Origin: a virus
Virus record (IMG/VR): IMGVR_UViG_3300045988_125802
Reading direction: 5' to 3' (one strand)
DNA: 64,000 bases
Below the pieces are notes generated by a model, which was not told where the DNA came from, made no database searches, and saw only the letters and a list, made by a program, of their open reading frames with translations. The position numbers and the translations under genes are program-made. Positions 53,890 to 63,089 of the stretch are shown here, piece after piece (the stretch's first letter is position 1; the number at the start of each line of letters is the position of its first letter).

Positions 53890-55004
53890 GTGAAGAAGCA
53901 ATTGAGGCATATAACTCTCTTATGGAGAGCCTCAATGAAGGTGATGTTCGTGAATATAATGAGGTGGGACATGCTGACCTTAGTACCTTCAACAGTGTCC
54001 TTAATAGTATTAGAATGGGTCTCATTACCTCTCTTTATGTTGTTGGTTTGGATGGTGTACCTAATACCTATAAAATTGTATATAGTAGCACTGAAGGTGT
54101 AACAGGTAGAATCTTTGTCAATGAACACTTCAAAAGTTTAATTGAAGAGGCTTGGGCTATAAGGATAGGTAACTCTGTAGAAGATGATGGTGACAGCATT
54201 AGCTTTGAACTTTCAGAGGAAGAACAGGCTATTCTTGACCAAGCTGTAGAAGATGCACACCAAGAGATACCTACAAACTCTGCAACTTTGCTTGTGGATG
54301 AAGCTACAAGTAGGTTTAGTTCTGCCATTTGGTATGAGAACATTCAGAAGAAGACTGTCATTTTGGCAGGTGTAGGTGGCATTGGTAGTTATGTAGGCTT
54401 CTTATTGGCAAGAATGAAGCCAGCTTCCATGTTTATCTATGATGATGACATAGTGGAAACTGTCAATATGTCAGGTCAGTTATATGGTCAATCTGATTTA
54501 GGTAGACCTAAAGTATCTGCACTGGCTGAGATGATTAGAAACTATGCTGGCTATAGCAGTGTCTTTGCAATAAGGGAAAGATTCACTGATGAATCTGAGG
54601 CATCAGACATTATGATTTGTGGCTTTGATAACATGGCAGCAAGAAGACTCTTCTTTAATAAATGGGTAAATCATGTTCAATCCAAACCAGAGGAGGAAAG
54701 GAAGAATTGCCTGTTCATTGATGGTAGGTTGGCAGCAGAGGAGTTTCAGGTATTGTGTATCAAGGGAGATGATGAGTACAACATCAATAGGTACAATAAT
54801 GAGTTCCTATTCTCTGATGCAGAAGCTGATGAAACTATCTGCTCCTATAAACAAACTACCTTCTGTGCAAATATGATTGCATCTTATATGGTTAATTTGT
54901 TTGTAAACTTCTGTGCTAATCAATGTGAGCCTCTCATTGATAGAGACCTGCCATTCCTTACCACATATAATGCAGAAACAATGTATCTTAAAACTGAAGT
55001 ATAA
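53886..55004 (+). CDS. E1-like (ThiF/MoeB/UBA-family) adenylyltransferase-domain protein (372 aa)
   Basis: Rossmann loop KKTVILAGVGGIGSYVGFLLA followed by IYDDDIVETVNMSGQLY and RPKV, the typical ThiF layout. Candidate Cys residues lie in ETICSYKQTTFCANMIA. The N-terminal region of about 150 aa is unknown. ATGA overlap with the JAB gene. Confidence 0.65.
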   Translation: MSEEAIEAYNSLMESLNEGDVREYNEVGHADLSTFNSVLNSIRMGLITSLYVVGLDGVPNTYKIVYSSTEGVTGRIFVNEHFKSLIEEAWAIRIGNSVEDDGDSISFELSEEEQAILDQAVEDAHQEIPTNSATLLVDEATSRFSSAIWYENIQKKTVILAGVGGIGSYVGFLLARMKPASMFIYDDDIVETVNMSGQLYGQSDLGRPKVSALAEMIRNYAGYSSVFAIRERFTDESEASDIMICGFDNMAARRLFFNKWVNHVQSKPEEERKNCLFIDGRLAAEEFQVLCIKGDDEYNINRYNNEFLFSDAEADETICSYKQTTFCANMIASYMVNLFVNFCANQCEPLIDRDLPFLTTYNAETMYLKTEV

Positions 55005-55774
55005 TGGAATTTAACCCAAGATTTGCATATAATGTAATGGGTGTTTTCAATAGCAGTGAGTCTGGTAATCCAGACCAGCTTGAAATGAATCTGTCTCTTG
55101 ATAGTAACAATGTATTTAGAAGAAGCCTTGTCATTGAAGTAAACAATGATGAGGTAGAGATACCTGTGATTGCAAGAGAACACTTTGAGAAGCTGGTTTC
55201 AGACAATATGGCTTATCCCGCAATTATGGGAATCAAGAGGATAATATTGCCATTATATGACAATGCACCAAGCCAAGAAAGAAGAACCTTTGATAGTATC
55301 ATAGCTCAATTATTTACTAATGTAGGATATGGTAAAGGATTGCAGAAGATAACTACCAATAAGGGTGAAGTGTATTATGGTGGTAAAGGTATCATCTTTG
55401 ATGAGAGCTACACTCCATTACTATTATGTACATTAACTGCAAGAAGTGTACATACTGAGGATAATGGTAATGCTATGGTCTATTACAGACCTGTATGCCA
55501 TGTCAGTCCCAAAGTATTCTTAGAGTCTGATAAGTTGATTAATAAAGGCATCATCAAGAAATTGATTCCCTATTATACAAGTAGGGATATAAATTTCCCA
55601 AGAAACAATTACAGCTTCAGCAGTAATCCAGAGGACAGGAAAGTAAAGGTCATAGTAGATAATTTCAATAAGTTCTTTGTAGAACCTATTAAACCTACTC
55701 CATCTGCCTGCTCTAATGATGCACTGAATGAATGCCTTATTGACAATATTGATGACATAATGATGTTGATATGA
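55004..55774 (+). CDS. Unknown protein (256 aa), last gene of the JAB/E1-like cassette
   Basis: TAATG overlap with the E1-like gene and ATGA overlap with the UDG gene. No motif recognised. Confidence 0.55.
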   Translation: MEFNPRFAYNVMGVFNSSESGNPDQLEMNLSLDSNNVFRRSLVIEVNNDEVEIPVIAREHFEKLVSDNMAYPAIMGIKRIILPLYDNAPSQERRTFDSIIAQLFTNVGYGKGLQKITTNKGEVYYGGKGIIFDESYTPLLLCTLTARSVHTEDNGNAMVYYRPVCHVSPKVFLESDKLINKGIIKKLIPYYTSRDINFPRNNYSFSSNPEDRKVKVIVDNFNKFFVEPIKPTPSACSNDALNECLIDNIDDIMMLI

Positions 55775-56448
55775 CATTAGATGAATACTTTGGAGATTGG
55801 ATGAAGGTAATTGATAGGACAGAGCTTAATAATGTAATGGCTAAGGTTGGGCAAGAATACAGGAGGAAACCATTGTGTCCTGCCCAATCTGATGTATTCA
55901 GAGCATTTGAGCTTTGCCCTCTCAATGACTTGAAAGTAGTTATGTTAGGTCAAGACCCCTATCCACAAAAGGAAGTGGCAACTGGAGTATTATTCGGGAA
56001 TAGAAAGGAAGTTGATGAGGATAACTTATCTCCTTCATTAAATGTTGTTAAAGAGGCAGCAATTAATTTTGAAGTTCCACATTATTGTATTACCTTTGAC
56101 AACTCTCTTGAGAGTTGGTCTAAACAAGGAATACTAATGATAAATTCTGCACTCACTGTAGAAATGAATAGGATAGGTTCCCATGTGATGTTGTGGAGAC
56201 CCTTCATAGCTAAATTGCTAAAGAACTTGTCTGAATATAATACAGCTATAGTATATGTATTGTTTGGCAGGCAAGCCCAAACCTTCAAACCTTATATTAA
56301 TGATAGGTTCAATCATATCATAGAGATTGAACATCCTGCATACTTTGCAAGGAGTGGTACTAAGATGCCACATCAGCTATTTGTTGATATAAGTAATAAG
56401 GTAAAAGAGATTTATGGTGTACCTATAAAATGGTACGAAGAGTATTAA
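55771..56448 (+). CDS. ung: Uracil-DNA glycosylase, family 1-like (225 aa)
   Basis: VFRAFELCPLNDLKVVMLGQDPYP (GQDPY water-activating loop), ATGVLFGN, and a C-terminal IEHPAYFA in place of HPSPLS. Confidence 0.75.
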   Translation: MTLDEYFGDWMKVIDRTELNNVMAKVGQEYRRKPLCPAQSDVFRAFELCPLNDLKVVMLGQDPYPQKEVATGVLFGNRKEVDEDNLSPSLNVVKEAAINFEVPHYCITFDNSLESWSKQGILMINSALTVEMNRIGSHVMLWRPFIAKLLKNLSEYNTAIVYVLFGRQAQTFKPYINDRFNHIIEIEHPAYFARSGTKMPHQLFVDISNKVKEIYGVPIKWYEEY

Positions 56449-56465
56449 TACTAAACAAAAAAAAA

Positions 56466-57020
56466 ATGGAAAAGATTTATTTGACAAATGGTAAGGAAGT
56501 ACAGATTGGAGACACTTTGACTAAAGTATCTAAGGTAGTAGACCCTTTCTTTGGTGAGGGTACTGTAGTTCAGCACATTGTGGTAACTAAGGACATTCTT
56601 CCTAAGCTCCTTGAGGCTGGCATTGTTACTACTACCAAGCCTGCAAAGTCTGCTGTGGTTGAATCTGAGGTTCCTATGGAGCTGGAGTACTACATTCAGA
56701 AGATTGCAGAGAAACTTGGTTGGAAGATTGAGAAGGTCTATAACTATCTCAATAGTGTAGATACTATTCTTCCTGCTGCTGCATTCTCTATGGTACTTAG
56801 AGAAGTAGCCATTGAGTTGGACAAGAAGTATGAGGACCATATTGAGAAGAGTCCTGAGATTTATGTAATCTCTATGCTTGATGGTAGAATCACTAAGGCT
56901 AACAAAGCCCACATCAAGAACTATAGGAACTTCGCAGCATTTAGATCTATAAATGATGCTAAAATTGCTTGCAGAATCACTAAAGACCTACTTAAAAGAT
57001 TATTCAAGAGTGACAAATAA
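56466..57020 (+). CDS. Hypothetical protein (184 aa from the preferred ATG; ORF opens at 56430)
   Basis: The ATG at 56466 follows an A11 leader and avoids overlap with ung. Confidence 0.5.
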   Translation: MEKIYLTNGKEVQIGDTLTKVSKVVDPFFGEGTVVQHIVVTKDILPKLLEAGIVTTTKPAKSAVVESEVPMELEYYIQKIAEKLGWKIEKVYNYLNSVDTILPAAAFSMVLREVAIELDKKYEDHIEKSPEIYVISMLDGRITKANKAHIKNYRNFAAFRSINDAKIACRITKDLLKRLFKSDK

Positions 57021-57498
57021 GAAAATTAGGAATGCCACTATATGTACTGCCAAGAATGTAACTTTTAAAAGTGTATTAGAGAAGTCATGCTTTACTTATC
57101 TTGAAGAGCAAGGATTTATGCCTGAATATGAACCAAGAAAGTTTACTATCTTTCCTTCCTTTATTCCCATAACTCCCTTTTATGATAAAGAGACTGATGT
57201 ACAACAGAAGAAAAGAGTTGAATCTCTAGGCGGGCAAAGAGGCAAAGAGCTTAGGTTATGTGATAAGTCAGTTCCACCAATTACATATACCCCAGATATA
57301 TATATAAGGTATAATAATTTGGATATTTGGATAGAGTGTAAAGGATTCGCTAATGATGTGTTTCCTTATAAGAAAAAGATGTTTAGGAAGTTGCTTGATG
57401 ACATATATATAAAAACAGGACAAAAAAGTATGTATTTTGAAATATATTCCAAGAAGCAGCTTTTACAGGCTATAGAAATTATCAAAGGTCATGGATAG
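56953..57498 (+). CDS. T7 endonuclease I-like Holliday-junction resolvase (181 aa)
   Basis: FKSVLEKSCFTYLEEQGFMPEYEPRKF ... ITYTPDIYIRYNNLDIWIECKG parallels T7 gp3 (FRSGLE..L...G..FEYE / YTPDF......VE.KG). Confidence 0.6.
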   Translation: MMLKLLAESLKTYLKDYSRVTNKKIRNATICTAKNVTFKSVLEKSCFTYLEEQGFMPEYEPRKFTIFPSFIPITPFYDKETDVQQKKRVESLGGQRGKELRLCDKSVPPITYTPDIYIRYNNLDIWIECKGFANDVFPYKKKMFRKLLDDIYIKTGQKSMYFEIYSKKQLLQAIEIIKGHG

Positions 57499-57805
57499 TA
57501 AAGAACCAGTAAGCAGAATAAGAGCCTTAATTCCTTCATTACCTGAAGGAGATATAGAGCTTGCATATAAATTCTTGAATGATAGAGATTTTGGCTCTCT
57601 CCAACTCTTGATTAATTCATCTCTTGTTAGAGTAAAAAAGGGCCTCAATAGAGAGAATCCTAGAGAGGAATATCTAAAAGCAGACCTTGGAGGGATGGAA
57701 AAACTTAAGTTGGAGATAGATCTCTATTGTGAGGTATTTGAATTACCAGAACAAGATGGATGTGATGGTTTTAGTAGTGAAGAATATAATCAAGATTATT
57801 ATTGA
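57491..57805 (+). CDS. Hypothetical protein (104 aa)
   Basis: Intact ORF with overlaps to both neighbours. Confidence 0.5.
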   Translation: MDSKEPVSRIRALIPSLPEGDIELAYKFLNDRDFGSLQLLINSSLVRVKKGLNRENPREEYLKADLGGMEKLKLEIDLYCEVFELPEQDGCDGFSSEEYNQDYY

Positions 57806-58854
57806 TGGAAAGAAAATCTTTGAAAAGTATATCTTGGGATGTTCCTGAAGAAATATATAGGATAGATCCTGCACTAAGCTACTCGATCCTCGCAAAATAT
57901 GAAAGAGAGGGATTTAATAACTTAGATAAACTATTTGACAAGTTAGAGACACCTTCTCTTACCTTTGGTAGTGCTGTAGATAGTATTATCACAGGTGGTC
58001 AGGAAGAGTTTAAGAAAAAGTTTATAGTTGCTGAGTTTTCTTCTACTCCAGACTCTATTATAAAGATAGTAAAATCTTTGTTCAGTCAGTATGGAAATTC
58101 TTATAGGAGCCTTATTATGATTCCTGATGATGCAATTATTAAGGAGACTGAACATCAGAGTTATCAGATGAACTGGAGACCTGAAACAAGGGCTAGGGCT
58201 ATCAAGGAGAAAGGAGCTGACTACTATAATCTGTTATTTATAGCAGACGGTAAGACTATACTTGATACTCAGACTTATCAAGATGTATGCAATGCAGTAA
58301 GAACATTGAAAGAGAGTAAATCCACTCAGTTCTACTTTGCAGAGGATAATCCATTTGAACCAGATATTGAGAGATTCTATCAGTTAAAGTTCAAAGGAGA
58401 GTTTAATGGTGTAAAGTATAGAAATATGGCTGACTTAATCATAGTCAATCATAAAGAGAAGTGGGTAAGGCCAGTAGATTTGAAAACAAGTTCCCATACA
58501 GAGTGGGATTTCTATAAATCCTTTGTAGATTGGAGATATGATATTCAAGCCAGACTATATTGGGCTATTATAAGGCAGAATATGGATAAGGATGAGTGCT
58601 TCAAAGACTTCAAGCTGCTTGACTATGATTTTATTGTAGTCAATAGGAGAATCCTTGTCCCATTGGTGTGGACTTGTCCATTTACACAGGCAGTAGGTAC
58701 ATTGAAATTTGGAAAGAATGACCAAATAGAAATGAGAAGTCCTTTTGTGATAGGAGAAGAGCTTTCTTCTTATCTCACTTCCAGACCAAAGGTGCCTATG
58801 GGAATTAGTGAAACTGGCCCTAATGATTTAAGAGAATGGTTAAATACATTGTAA
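57802..58854 (+). CDS. PD-(D/E)XK (RecB/Cas4-like) exonuclease (350 aa)
   Basis: ADLIIVN...VRPVDLKTS (D...D/ExK) followed by YDIQARLYWAI (the QhxxY motif of RecB-family nucleases). Confidence 0.55.
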   Translation: MMERKSLKSISWDVPEEIYRIDPALSYSILAKYEREGFNNLDKLFDKLETPSLTFGSAVDSIITGGQEEFKKKFIVAEFSSTPDSIIKIVKSLFSQYGNSYRSLIMIPDDAIIKETEHQSYQMNWRPETRARAIKEKGADYYNLLFIADGKTILDTQTYQDVCNAVRTLKESKSTQFYFAEDNPFEPDIERFYQLKFKGEFNGVKYRNMADLIIVNHKEKWVRPVDLKTSSHTEWDFYKSFVDWRYDIQARLYWAIIRQNMDKDECFKDFKLLDYDFIVVNRRILVPLVWTCPFTQAVGTLKFGKNDQIEMRSPFVIGEELSSYLTSRPKVPMGISETGPNDLREWLNTL

Positions 58855-58855
58855 T

Positions 58856-59941
58856 ATGCAAGTAGTAAAAAGAGATGGCAGTATAGAGGAATTTAATGTT
58901 GATAAGATTATAAGTGCTGTAGAAAAAGCCTTTAAGTCTTGCAACAAGAAAATGCCTCAGTATCTGTATGATATGCTGGGTGCTTTATTTGGCACTTTGG
59001 AAGGAGATACTATAGGTATTGAGGAGATACAAAATAAGGTTGAGGATGTTCTTATGAATGATAAACACTTTGATGTAGCAAAGAGGTATATCATTTATAG
59101 GGAACAGCATAAGCAGGCAAGATTCATTAGGGAAAGAATTGACTATATGAATGAGTATAGTCAATCCAATGAGAATGCAGCTACTTCATCAGAGACAGAT
59201 GCTAATGCAAATGTAACTATGAAAAATGTTGCCAACCTTGAGGGTGAAGTGTATAAGACTACTAATAGGGTTATTCAGAGGCAAAGAATGAAAGACAAGC
59301 TGAATGAAATGTACCCTGAAGTAGCCAAGAAGTATGAAGAGGATTTGAACTCTCATGTCATTTATACACATGATGAAGCAACTACTCCTGTCTTGAAGCA
59401 GTATTGTATGGCTGTGAGTCTATATCCTCTTATGATTGAGGGAGTAGGAAACATTGATGGCATCACTCCTAATCCACCTAATGATTTACAGTCATTTAGT
59501 GGTCAAGTAACCAATCTTATCTTCTTATTATCTTCACAGTGTAAAGGTGCAGTAGCAGTAGGTGAATACTTTATTGCTCTCAACTATTATATTGTGCAGG
59601 AATTTGGAGTTAATTGGTATGAGAAACTGGATGTGATAACTACTACAGGATATTGTATCAAGCAGAGGACTATCAGAGATGCTATATATAAAGCATTCAA
59701 GCAGTTTATTTATGGTATAAACCAGCCTGCTGGTAATAGGTCATATCAAAGCCCATTTACTAATGTGTCTTATTATGATCACACCTATTTTGATTCACTA
59801 TTTGGAGAGTTCTACTATCCTGATGGTACTAAACCTCAATGGGAAGCGGTAGACTGTCTACAAAGGCTGTTTATGAAGTTCTTTAATAAGCTGAGAACTA
59901 AACAGATTCTTACATTCCCCGTAAATTATTCTGCGGCTTAA
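58856..59941 (+). CDS. nrdD: Anaerobic ribonucleoside-triphosphate reductase (class III), exon 1 (ORF as seen; exon probably ends at 59922)
   Basis: N-terminal ATP-cone MQVVKRDGSIEEFNVDKIISAVEKAF. The ORF terminates 5 codons after ..ILTFPV, where intron-like sequence begins. Confidence 0.8.
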   Translation: MQVVKRDGSIEEFNVDKIISAVEKAFKSCNKKMPQYLYDMLGALFGTLEGDTIGIEEIQNKVEDVLMNDKHFDVAKRYIIYREQHKQARFIRERIDYMNEYSQSNENAATSSETDANANVTMKNVANLEGEVYKTTNRVIQRQRMKDKLNEMYPEVAKKYEEDLNSHVIYTHDEATTPVLKQYCMAVSLYPLMIEGVGNIDGITPNPPNDLQSFSGQVTNLIFLLSSQCKGAVAVGEYFIALNYYIVQEFGVNWYEKLDVITTTGYCIKQRTIRDAIYKAFKQFIYGINQPAGNRSYQSPFTNVSYYDHTYFDSLFGEFYYPDGTKPQWEAVDCLQRLFMKFFNKLRTKQILTFPVNYSAA

Positions 59942-60757
59942 CAGAGTAATCTGTTATGAAAACCTCTTTAACTGCTGAAAAATCCTAGTATAAGATTTGG
60001 AAATGTTAGAAATATTTTTCAACTTTATAGGACAATTAGCAACTAAGATTATGCAAAATGAAGTTTGGAAAGAGATAAGTGGATATGAGGGTTACTTTGA
60101 AGTAAGTAACCTTGGTAATTTCAGAAGTAAGGATAGGATCATTAGGTATAAAACTAATGGAACTAGATTATATCCTGGAAAACCCTTAAAGACGGAAACT
60201 ATAGTAGAAGGTTACCAAAGGATAGTACTTATGAAAGAAGCTATAAAGAAGAGACACATGTGTCACAGACTTGTAGCTCAAGAATTTGTACCTAATCCCA
60301 ATAATAAGCCCTATGTAAACCATATCAATGGTAATAAAGCTGATAATAGAGCTGAAAACCTTGAATGGGTAACTCAATCAGAAAATGAATTACATTCTCA
60401 TAATGTTCTTGGAAACACCATGAGGGGTAAAACATATCCTAAGAAAGTAATAGCAACTTTTCCTAATGGAGGAGATAAAGTAATATTTGACTCTATGAGT
60501 GATGCTATCAAGTTCTTAGGAGCTGGCTGTATTGAAGGGCTTAAGAAAGCTATATCTGCTAATAGAGTTTATCATGATTTCAAATGGGAATTTGCATAAT
60601 AAAGTTCAACGACTATTCCGAAAGGAAGTACACCTAAGTAGGTGGAAATGGGAGGAATCCTAGAAATAGGATTGTGATATAGTCTGAACTGCATAGTAAT
60701 ATGCAGAAGTTCATAAGAGAACTGCATAGAATTAACGACTCTATGTGAACACATTTG
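59923..60757 (+). mobile_element. Group I intron (about 835 nt) in nrdD carrying an HNH homing endonuclease ORF
   Basis: Candidate P1: exon CCGT (59919-59922) pairs with GCGG (59933-59936), with a terminal U.G. The P7 strands are GACTAT (60611-60616) and ATAGTC (60679-60684). The intron ends in G60757. The predicted junction is ..LTFPV|ETMAMVYD.., and the alternative is 59927-60758. Confidence 0.65.
59997..60599 (+). CDS. Intron-encoded HNH homing endonuclease with NUMOD4 motif (200 aa)
   Basis: VWKEISGYEGYFEVSNLGNFRS; HRLVAQEFV...VNHINGNKADNRAENLEWVTQSEN. Confidence 0.8.
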   Translation: MEMLEIFFNFIGQLATKIMQNEVWKEISGYEGYFEVSNLGNFRSKDRIIRYKTNGTRLYPGKPLKTETIVEGYQRIVLMKEAIKKRHMCHRLVAQEFVPNPNNKPYVNHINGNKADNRAENLEWVTQSENELHSHNVLGNTMRGKTYPKKVIATFPNGGDKVIFDSMSDAIKFLGAGCIEGLKKAISANRVYHDFKWEFA

Positions 60758-60764
60758 GGAAACA

Positions 60765-61856
60765 ATGGCCATGGTGTATGACCCTAAGACCAGTGATATT
60801 ATAGATAAAGACTATAAGGATTTTACTGCTGAAATGTATGCAGAAGGACATAGTTTCTTTACTTATATCTCAGATAGTGCTGACAGCCTTGCATCCTGCT
60901 GTAGATTGAGAAATGAGCTTGCAGAGAATACCTTTAACCCTACATCAGGATTGACTGGGGTTATGACTGGTAGCTGTAATGTTATTACTCTTAATATCAA
61001 TAGAATTGTTCAAGACTGTGTGAAAAAAGAACATCTCGGAAGCAAAAAATCCCAATGGAGTGATGAAGATATTATAATTCTTAAAGAGTACTTGATAGAT
61101 ATTCTTGGAAGGGTTTATAAGTATCATATTGCTTTCAAGACTATGCTTTATGAAATGGAGGATATAGGAATGTTTGCAGCTTCTAATGGTGGTTATATCC
61201 ATATTAGCAAGTTGTATAGTACAATAGGAATCAATGGGCTAAATGAGGCTGCAAGGTTCTTAGGTATGACTGTTAGCAACAATAGAGATTATATTGAGTT
61301 TTTGCAGTTGATCCTTGGTACTATTAAGGAACAGAATAAATTGCACTCTATTCATGATAAGAAGAGGCCATTCTTGTTTAATTCTGAGGTAGTTCCTGCT
61401 GAAGGATTAGGAGGTAAAAACTATAGATGGGATTTGGAAGATGGATATGTAGTTCCAGAGGATGAGAATTTATATAATTCATACTTTTATAATGCACATG
61501 ATGACACCTCAGTACTTGATAAGTTTATACTTCATGGAAGACAGACTTATCAATATACTGATGGGGGTAGTGCAGCCCATATCAATCTTGAAGACCACCT
61601 TAGTAAGGAACAATATCTCAAGCTGATAGACTTTGCAATAGCTAATGGAACCAACTACTTCACATTTAATATTCCTAATAGTAAGTGTGATGACTGTGGC
61701 TACATTACTAAGCATCCTATCACTGAATGCCCAAAGTGCCATAGTAAGAATATCACTCAATATACAAGAGTGATTGGCTATCTCAGACCTATCAAATCAT
61801 TTGGCAAAGACAGGCAGATTGAAGCTAACAAAAGAGTTTATAGTAAAGGTGTATAA
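60765..61856 (+). CDS. nrdD: Anaerobic ribonucleoside-triphosphate reductase, exon 2 (first ATG shown; exon probably begins at 60758)
   Basis: SCCRLRN motif, a C-terminal Zn ribbon CDDCGY...CPKCHS, and the glycyl-radical motif TRVIGYLRP. Confidence 0.85.
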   Translation: MAMVYDPKTSDIIDKDYKDFTAEMYAEGHSFFTYISDSADSLASCCRLRNELAENTFNPTSGLTGVMTGSCNVITLNINRIVQDCVKKEHLGSKKSQWSDEDIIILKEYLIDILGRVYKYHIAFKTMLYEMEDIGMFAASNGGYIHISKLYSTIGINGLNEAARFLGMTVSNNRDYIEFLQLILGTIKEQNKLHSIHDKKRPFLFNSEVVPAEGLGGKNYRWDLEDGYVVPEDENLYNSYFYNAHDDTSVLDKFILHGRQTYQYTDGGSAAHINLEDHLSKEQYLKLIDFAIANGTNYFTFNIPNSKCDDCGYITKHPITECPKCHSKNITQYTRVIGYLRPIKSFGKDRQIEANKRVYSKGV

Positions 61857-61893
61857 TTTGTCCTTAAGATTTTGTTATTTGCATTATTTTTAG

Positions 61894-61901
61894 TACCTTT
61901 G
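61894..61901 (+). promoter_or_regulatory. Bacteroidetes-type -7 element TACCTTTG
   Basis: Matches TAnnTTTG, about 18 nt upstream of the ATG at 61919. Confidence 0.35.
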
Positions 61902-61918
61902 CATCAAAATAATTTAGT

Positions 61919-62647
61919 ATGGAAGATAAAATTTTACAAAGTTGTGGTGATGTCTTGGTAATAGAAGGTAAATCAACAAAGAAAGTAAGGAATAGGTACT
62001 ATTACACAGGACATTTTGAGGGATATACCAGAAGGCTATATTTTAGATTAGATAGTGCCCAATATGGTAATGTCTCTAATCCAGATAAGAGAGATGAATA
62101 TGGATTTATCTGTGATGAGTCTATTACTGATAAGCATATTTATAATGTTTGGAAGAATATGGAGAGGAGATGTTATGACCCTAAATGTCCTGCTTACAGT
62201 ACTTATGGAGCTAAGGGGATAATAGTATCAGAAGAGTTCAAGATATATTCAAATTTTAGGAGATGGTATGAAGAAAATGGAGATAGTAGTCATAGTCTCG
62301 AAATAGATAAAGATTGCAAGCCTCTTATACTGAATATTCCTAAAATATACTCCTCTAATACCTGCATCCTCTTACCTCCAGAAATTAACACTTTTATTTC
62401 AACTATAGGTAAGGGTATTTATCTTACTTCTCATAATACATATTGTGTTAGGTTGAGAAGAAGATTTGCTAAGGTTAATAGAAATTTCAAAACTTTGGAA
62501 GAAGCAATTGCTTATAAAAAGGATAAAGATATGGAGTATCTTAATATCTTGGTAGAAAAATATCCTCTATCTGTAGATAATCTTAACATAGTTAAAAAGT
62601 ATGTTGAAATATTTGAATACTCAAGTGACATTTGCAGAAGTGCCTGA
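61919..62647 (+). CDS. Free-standing homing-endonuclease-like protein (242 aa), same family as 46303..46860
   Basis: HIYNVWKNMERRCYDPKCPAYSTYGAKGIIVSEEF matches the Y..W..M..RC....Y..YG.(R/K)GI.V motif of phage HNH HEGs. The downstream HNH residues look degenerate (EIDKD). Confidence 0.55.
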   Translation: MEDKILQSCGDVLVIEGKSTKKVRNRYYYTGHFEGYTRRLYFRLDSAQYGNVSNPDKRDEYGFICDESITDKHIYNVWKNMERRCYDPKCPAYSTYGAKGIIVSEEFKIYSNFRRWYEENGDSSHSLEIDKDCKPLILNIPKIYSSNTCILLPPEINTFISTIGKGIYLTSHNTYCVRLRRRFAKVNRNFKTLEEAIAYKKDKDMEYLNILVEKYPLSVDNLNIVKKYVEIFEYSSDICRSA

Positions 62648-63089
62648 CGAAATTACATTATGTATAAACATTACAGGATGTAAAAATGGATGCAAAAACT
62701 GTCATAGCTCTTACTTGGCAGAGGATATTGGTAATCCACTGAATAAGACAGTCCTCAGCAAACTTTTGGAAGATAACAAGGGAATATCTTGTGTGTCTTT
62801 CATGGGTGGTGATAGGGACACTATACATATAGTAGCTTTGGCAAGTTGGGTAAAAACTCATACAAACTTAAAGGTTGCATGGTATAGTGGTAGGCAAGAG
62901 ATTAGTGATATAGTAGCAAGGCAATTAAGGTGGTTTGACTACATTAAACTTGGACCCTATAAGGAAGAGTTTGGTCCACTTAACAGTAGGACTACTAACC
63001 AGAGATTCTATAAGGTTAGTGATGGAGAATTAGTAAATATAACAAGCAGATTTTATGACAGAAATTTGGAAACCTGTAGTGGGATATGA
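62601..63089 (+). CDS. nrdG: Anaerobic RNR activating enzyme (radical SAM) (162 aa)
   Basis: CINITGCKNGCKNCHS contains the Cx3Cx2C cluster motif. Size and position next to nrdD fit. Confidence 0.8.
   Translation: MLKYLNTQVTFAEVPDEITLCINITGCKNGCKNCHSSYLAEDIGNPLNKTVLSKLLEDNKGISCVSFMGGDRDTIHIVALASWVKTHTNLKVAWYSGRQEISDIVARQLRWFDYIKLGPYKEEFGPLNSRTTNQRFYKVSDGELVNITSRFYDRNLETCSGI

Noticed and set aside
56451-56912. 153-aa minus-strand ORF opposite 56466..57020
   Set aside because: It is antisense in a strictly plus-strand block with a hydrophobic junk-like translation. The plus-strand ORF has an A-rich leader and a coupled downstream gene.
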